Positions 56,301 to 64,000 of a stretch of DNA of 64,000 bases are shown one piece after another. The notes beneath the pieces were generated by a model that saw nothing but the letters and a program-made list of their open reading frames with translations, searched no databases and had not been told where the DNA came from. The stretch comes from Auanema rhodensis (Eukaryota; Animalia; Nematoda), in contig OZ059900.1 of NCBI GenBank assembly GCA_964057225.1, positions 20,956,001-21,020,000 on the forward strand, read 5' to 3'. Numbering within the stretch: the stretch's first letter is position 1; every line of letters begins with the position of its first letter. The position numbers and the translations under genes were made by a program.

Positions 56301-59300
56301 GCTAATATTGATTAAATCGATTTTTGTTCATATGAGTAGTCAAATGCAACGAATTTCAGCGTGTTACATACTAAAATGAAGCATTTTACATGCTGAACAC
56401 TAGAAAAATACAAAAACACAGTATTTCCCATGAGAAATATTTTATTATGCTGGAAAACCAGTTTTTGGAAATTTCGCTGTAAACAAGGTTTTGACTTACG
56501 ATTTCATGTGTTCAAACTCATGCAATGTCAATGAAACCTAGCTCAAAATTGTTCCTACAACGTCTAATTCCACTTTCACGACAAAAAAACCGGGGTTAGA
56601 AAATTAAGGAAATTAGCATATTCTGAGGGCACGCCCCTTATGGCTAATATTGATTAAATCGATTTTTGTTCATATGAGTCGTCAAATGCAACGAATTTCA
56701 GCGTGTTACATACTAAAATGAAGCATTTTACATGCTGAACACTAGAAAAATACAAAAACACAGTATTTCTCATGAGAAATATTTTATTATGCTGGAAAAC
56801 CAGTTTTTGGAAATTTCGCTGTAAACAAGGTTTTGACTTACGATTTCATGTGTTCAAACTCATGCAATGTCAATGAAACCTAGCTCAAAATTGTTTGTAC
56901 AACGTCTAGTTCCACTTTCACGACAAAAAAACAGGGGTTAGAAAATTAAGGAAATTAGCATATTCTGAGGGCACGCCCCTTATGGCTAATATTGATTAAA
57001 TCGATTTTTGTTCATATGAGTCGTCAAATGCAACGAATTTCAGCGTGTTACATACTAAAATGAAGCATTCCACATGCTGAACACTAGAAAAATACAAAAA
57101 CACAGTATTTCCCATGAGAAATATTTTATTATGCTGGAAAACCAGTTTTTGGAAATTTCGCTGTAAACAAGGTTTTGACTTACGATTTCATGTGTTCAAA
57201 CTCATGCAATGTCAATGAAACCTAGCTCAAAATTGTTAATACAATGTCTAGTTCCACTTTCACGACAAAAAAACAGGGGTTAGAAAATTAAGGAAATTAG
57301 CATATTCTGAGGGCACGCCTCTTATGGCTAATATTGATTAAATCGATTTTTGTTCATATGAGTCGTCAAATGCAACGAATTTCAGCGTGTTACATACTAA
57401 AATGAAGCATTTTACATGCTGAACACTAGAAAAATACAAAAACACAGTATTTCCCATGAGAAATATTTTATTATGCTGGAAAACCAGTTTTTGGAAATTT
57501 CGCTGTAAACAAGATTTTGACTTACGATTTCATGTGTTCAAACTCATGCAATGTCAATGAAACCTAGCTCAAAATTGTTCGTACAACGTCTAGTTCCACT
57601 TTCACGACAAAAAAACAGGGGTTAGAAAATTAAGGAAATTAGCATATTCTGAGGGCACGCCCCTTATGGCTAATATTGATTAAATCGATTTTTGTTCATA
57701 TGAGTCGTCAAATGCAACGAATTTCAGCGTGTTACACACTAAAATGAAGCATTTTACATGCTGAACACTAGAAAAATACAAAAACACAGTATTTCCCATG
57801 AGAAATATTTTATTATGCTGGAAAACCAGTTTTTGAAAATTTCGCTGTAAACAAGGTTTTGACTTACGATTTCATGTGTTCAAACTCATGCAATGTCAAT
57901 GAAACCTAGCTCAAAATTGTTCCTACAACGTCTAGTTCCACTTTCACGACAAAAAAACCGGGGTTAGAAAATTAAGGAAATTAGCATATTCTGAGGGCAC
58001 GCCCTTTATGGCTAATATTGATTAAATCGATTTTTGTTCATATGAGTCGTCAAATGCAACGAATTTCAGCGTGTTACATACTAAAATGAAGCATTTTACA
58101 TGCTGAACACTAGAAAAATACAAAAACACAGTATTTCCCATGAGAAATATTTTATTATGCTGGAAAACCAGTTTTTGGAAATTTCGCTGTAAACAAGGTT
58201 TTGACTTACGATTTCATGTGTTCAAACTCATGCAATGTCAATGAAACCTAGCTCAAAATTGTTCGTACAACGTCTAGTTCCACTTTCACGACAAAAAAAC
58301 AGGGGTTAGAAAATTAAGGAAATTAGCATATTCTGAGGGCACGCCCCTTATGGCTAATATTGATTAAATCGATTTTTGTTCATATGAGTCGTCAAATGCA
58401 ACGAATTTCAGCGTGTTACATACTAAAATGAAGCATTTTACATGCTGAACACTATAAAAATACAAAAACACAGTATTTCCCATGAGAAATATTTTATTAT
58501 GCTGGAAAACCAGTTTTTGGAAATTTCGCTGTAAACAAGATTTTGACTTACGATTTCATGTGTTCAAACTCATGCAATGTCAATGAAACCTAGCTCAAAA
58601 TTGTTCGTACAACGTCTAGTTCCACTTTCACGACAAAAAAACCGGGGTTAGAAAATTAAGGAAATTAGCATATTCTGAGGGCACGCCCCTTATGGCTAAT
58701 ATTGATTAAATCGATTTTTGTTCATATGAGTCGTCAAATGCAACGAATTTCAGCGTGTTACATACTAAAATGAAGCATTTCACATGCTGAACACTAGAAA
58801 AATACAAAAACACAGTATTTCCCATGAGAAATATTTTATTATGCTGGAAAACCAGTTTTTGGAAATTTCGCTGTAAACAAGGTTTTGACTTACGATTTCA
58901 TGTGTTCAAACTCATGCAATGTCAATGAAACCTAGCTCAAAATTGTTCCTACAACGTCTAGTTCCACTTTCACGACAAAAAAACAGGGGTTAGAAAATTA
59001 AGGAAATTAGCATATTCTGAGGGCACGCCCCTTATGGCTAATATTGATTAAATCGATTTTTGTTCATATGAGTAGTCAAATGCAACGAATTTCAGCGTGT
59101 TACATACTAAAATGAAGCATTTTACATGCTGAACACTAGAAAAATACAAAAACACAGTATTTCCCATGAGAAATATTTTATTATGCTGGAAAACCAGTTT
59201 TTGGAAATTTCGCTGTAAACAAGGTTTTGACTTACGATTTCATGTGTTCAAACTCATGCAATGTCAATGAAACCTAGCTCAAAATTGTTCCTACAACGTC

Positions 59301-62100
59301 TAGTTCCACTTTCACGACAAAAAAACCGGGGTTAGAAAATTAAGGAAATTAGCATATTCTGAGGGCACGCCCCTTATGGCTAATATTGATTAAATCGATT
59401 TTTGTTCATATGAGTCGTCAAATGCAACGAATTTCAGCGTGTTACATACTAAAATGAAGCATTTTACATGCTGAACACTAGAAAAATACAAAAACACAGT
59501 ATTTCTCATGAGAAATATTTTATTATGCTGGAAAACCAGTTTTTGGAAATTTCGCTGTAAACAAGGTTTTGACTTACGATTTCATGTGTTCAAACTCATG
59601 CAATGTCAATGAAACCTAGCTCAAAATTGTTCCTACAACGTCTAGTTCCACTTTCACGACAAAAAAACCGGGGTTAGAAAATTAAGGAAATTAGCATATT
59701 CTGAGGGCACGCCCCTTATGGCTAATATTGATTAAATCGATTTTTGTTCATATGAGTAGTCAAATGCAACGAATTTCAGCGTGTTACATACTAAAATGAA
59801 ACATTTTACATGCTGAACACTAGAAAAATACAAAAACACAGTATTTCCCATGAGAAATATTTTATTATGCTGGAAAACCAGTTTTTGGAAATTTCGCTGT
59901 AAACAAGGTTTTGACTTACGATTTCATGTGTTCAAACTCATGCAATGTCAATGAAACCTAGCTCAAAATTGTTCCTACAACGTCTAATTCCACTTTCACG
60001 ACAAAAAAACCGGGGTTAGAAAATTAAGGAAATTAGCATATTCTGAGGGCACGCCCCTTATGGCTAATATTGATTAAATCGATTTTTGTTCATATGAGTC
60101 GTCAAATGCAACGAATTTCAGCGTGTTACATACTAAAATGAAGCATTTTACATGCTGAACACTAGAAAAATACAAAAACACAGTATTTCTCATGAGAAAT
60201 ATTTTATTATGCTGGAAAACCAGTTTTTGGAAATTTCGCTGTAAACAAGGTTTTGACTTACGATTTCATGTGTTCAAACTCATGCAATGTCAATGAAACC
60301 TAGCTCAAAATTGTTTGTACAACGTCTAGTTCCACTTTCACGACAAAAAAACAGGGGTTAGAAAATTAAGGAAATTAGCATATTCTGAGGGCACGCCCCT
60401 TATGGCTAATATTGATTAAATCGATTTTTGTTCATATGAGTCGTCAAATGCAACGAATTTCAGCGTGTTACATACTAAAATGAAGCATTCCACATGCTGA
60501 ACACTAGAAAAATACAAAAACACAGTATTTCCCATGAGAAATATTTTATTATGCTGGAAAACCAGTTTTTGGAAATTTCGCTGTAAACAAGGTTTTGACT
60601 TACGATTTCATGTGTTCAAACTCATGCAATGTCAATGAAACCTAGCTCAAAATTGTTAATACAATGTCTAGTTCCACTTTCACGACAAAAAAACAGGGGT
60701 TAGAAAATTAAGGAAATTAGCATATTCTGAGGGCACGCCCCTTATGGCTAATATTGATTAAATCGATTTTTGTTCATATGAGTCGTCAAATGCAACGAAT
60801 TTCAGCGTGTTACATACTAAAATGAAGCATTTTACATGCTGAACACTAGAAAAATACAAAAACACAGTATTTCCCATGAGAAATATTTTATTATGCTGGA
60901 AAACCAGTTTTTGGAAATTTCGCTGTAAACAAGGTTTTGACTTACGATTTCATGTGTTCAAACTCATGCAATGTCAATGAAACCCAGCTCAAAATTGTTC
61001 GTACAACGTCTAGTTCCACTTTCACGACAAAAAAACAGGGGTTAGAAAATTAAGGAAATTAGCATATTCTGAGGGCACGCCCCTTATGGCTAATATTGAT
61101 TAAATCGATTTTTGTTCATATGAGTCGTCAAATGCAACGAATTTCAGCGTGTTACATACTAAAATGAAGCATTTTACATGCTGAACACTAGAAAAATACA
61201 AAAACACAGTATTTCCCATGAGAAATATTTTATTATGCTGGAAAACCAGTTTTTGGAAATTTCGCTGTAAACAAGATTTTGACTTACGATTTCATGTGTT
61301 CAAACTCATGCAATGTCAATGAAACCTAGCTCAAAATTGTTCGTACAACGTCTAGTTCCACTTTCACGACAAAAAAACAGGGGTTAGAAAATTAAGGAAA
61401 TTAGCATATTCTGAGGGCACGCCCCTTATGGCTAATATTGATTAAATCGATTTTTGTTCATATGAGTCGTCAAATGCAACGAATTTCAGCGTGTTACACA
61501 CTAAAATGAAGCATTTTACATGCTGAACACTAGAAAAATACAAAAACACAGTATTTCCCATGAGAAATATTTTATTATGCTGGAAAACCAGTTTTTGAAA
61601 ATTTCGCTGTAAACAAGGTTTTGACTTACGATTTCATGTGTTCAAACTCATGCAATGTCAATGAAACCTAGCTCAAAATTGTTCCTACAACGTCTAGTTC
61701 CACTTTCACGACAAAAAAACAGGGGTTAGAAAATTAAGGAAATTAGCATATTCTGAGGGCACGCCCTTTATGGCTAATATTGATTAAATCGATTTTTGTT
61801 CATATGAGTCGTCAAATGCAACGAATTTCAGCGTGTTACATACTAAAATGAAGCATTTTACATGCTGAACACTAGAAAAATACAAAAACACAGTATTTCC
61901 CATGAGAAATATTTTATTATGCTGGAAAACCAGTTTTTGGAAATTTCGCTGTAAACAAGGTTTTGACTTACGATTTCATGTGTTCAAACTCATGCAATGT
62001 CAATGAAACCTAGCTCAAAATTGTTCGTACAACGTCTAGTTCCACTTTCACGACAAAAAAACAGGGGTTAGAAAATTAAGGAAATTAGCATATTCTGAGG
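53400..62100 (-). repeat. 11-mer/10-mer higher-order repeat (~2.4 copies)
   Basis: TTGTTAATACAATGTC at 53471, 57233 and 60653 (spacings 3762 and 3420); GTTACACACT at 54311, 57731 and 61493; CATTCCAC at ~57066/60486; CCCAGCTC at 53801 and 60983 only. Confidence 0.85.
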
Positions 62101-64000
62101 GCACGCCCCTTATGGCTAATATTGATTAAATCGATTTTTGTTCATATGAGTCGTCAAATGCAACGAATTTCAGCGTGTTACATACTGAAATGAAGCATTT
62201 TACATGCTGAACACTAAAAAAATACAAAAACACAGTATTTCCCATGAGAAATATTTTATTATGCTGGAAAACCAGTTTTTGGAAATTTCGCTGTAAACAA
62301 GATTTTGACTTACGATTTCATGTGTTCAAACTCATGCAATGTCAATGAAACCTAGCTCAAAATTGTTCGTACAACGTCTAGTTCCACTTTCACGACAAAA
62401 AAACAGGGGTTAGAAAATTAAGGAAATTAGCATATTCTGAGGGCACGCCCCTTATGGCTAATATTGATTAAATCGATTTTTGTTCATATGAGTCGTCAAA
62501 TGCAACGAATTTCAGCGTGTTACACACTAAAATGAAGCATTTTACATGCTGAACACTAGAAAAATACAAAAACACAGTATTTCCCATGAGAAATATTTTA
62601 TTATGCTGGAAAACCAGTTTTTGGAAATTTCGCTGTAAACAAGGTTTTGACTTACGATTTCATGTGTTCAAACTCATGCAATGTCAATGAAACCTAGCTC
62701 AAAATTGTTCCTACAACGTCTAGTTCCACTTTCACGACAAAAAAACAGGGGTTAGAAAATTAAGGAAATTAGCATATTCTGAGGGCACGCCCCTTATGGC
62801 TAATATTGATTAAATCGATTTTTGTTCATATGAGTCGTCAAATGCAACGAATTTCAGCGTGTTACATACTAAAATGAAGCATTTTACATGCTGAACACTA
62901 GAAAAATACAAAAACACAGTATTTCCCATGAGAAATATTTTATTATGCTGGAAAACCAGTTTTTGGAAATTTCGCTGTAAACAAGGTTTTGACTTACGAT
63001 TTCATGTGTTCAAACTCATGCAATGTCAATGAAACCTAGCTCAAAATTGTTCCTACAACGTCTAGTTCCACTTTCACGACAAAAAAACAGGGGTTAGAAA
63101 ATTAAGGAAATTAGCATATTCTGAGGGCACGCCCTTTATGGCTAATATTGATTAAATCGATTTTTGTTCATATGAGTCGTCAAATGCAACGAATTTCAGC
63201 GTGTTACATACTAAAATGAAGCATTTTACATGCTGAACACTAGAAAAATACAAAAACACAGTATTTCCCATGAGAAATATTTTATTATGCTGGAAAACCA
63301 GTTTTTGGAAATTTCGCTGTAAACAAGGTTTTGACTTACGATTTCATGTGTTCAAACTCATGCAATGTCAATGAAACCTAGCTCAAAATTGTTCGTACAA
63401 CGTCTAGTTCCACTTTCACGACAAAAAAACAGGGGTTAGAAAATTAAGGAAATTAGCATATTCTGAGGGCACGCCCCTTATGGCTAATATTGATTAAATC
63501 GATTTTTGTTCATATGAGTCGTCAAATGCAACGAATTTCAGCGTGTTACATACTGAAATGAAGCATTTTACATGCTGAACACTAGAAAAATACAAAAACA
63601 CAGTATTTCCCATGAGAAATATTTTATTATGCTGGAAAACCAGTTTTTGGAAATTTCGCTGTAAACAAGATTTTGACTTACGATTTCATGTGTTCAAACT
63701 CATGCAATGTCAATGAAACCTAGCTCAAAATTGTTCGTACAACGTCTAGTTCCACTTTCACGACAAAAAAACAGGGGTTAGAAAATTAAGGAAATTAGCA
63801 TATTCTGAGGGCACGCCCCTTATGGCTAATATTGATTAAATCGATTTTTGTTCATATGAGTCGTCAAATGCAACGAATTTCAGCGTGTTACACACTAAAA
63901 TGAAGCATTTTACATGCTGAACACTAGAAAAATACAAAAACACAGTATTTCCCATGAGAAATATTTTATTATGCTGGAAAACCAGTTTTTGGAAATTTCG

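Larger units (their letters stand above)
20645..64000 (-). repeat. 342-bp satellite DNA tandem array, right arm in reverse-complement orientation (~126 monomers, runs off the window)
   Basis: The sequence is the reverse complement of the left-arm monomer (e.g. CGATTTCATGTGTTCAAA, GAGGGCACGCCCCTTATGG) with the same 342-bp period. Occasional +1 indels occur (~35542, ~49007, ~50310, ~51338, ~52826). Confidence 0.99.

Noticed and set aside
1-64000. CRISPR array or prokaryotic repeat system
   Set aside because: There are no unique spacers: the entire 342-bp unit is repeated, and no cas or other genes are present.

Overview
The whole 64 kb window is one AT-rich (~34% GC, hand count) satellite DNA array of about 187 near-identical 342-bp monomers. 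It contains no credible gene, RNA gene, CRISPR array or transposon, and looks eukaryotic and heterochromatin/centromere-like (inference). The array switches strand once: about 60.4 monomers on + (1-20645), then about 126.7 on - (20645-64000). The switch is a fold-back: a perfect 95-bp inverted repeat with an 18-nt spacer. It is followed by a second breakpoint where 184 bp of satellite is replaced by a 34-bp insertion made of stuttered copies of flanking sequence. The order of rare monomer variants is mirrored between the two arms over more than 10 kb, so the structure is a macro-palindrome (inverted duplication). Each arm was then expanded separately by multi-monomer tandem duplications (3-, 4-, 6-, 7-, 8-, 9-, 10- and 11-mers). 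The monomer has several short dyad symmetries and traces of an ancient 2x171-bp origin. The two ORFs in the track are by-products of the junction. All variant tracking was done by eye and needs alignment to confirm.
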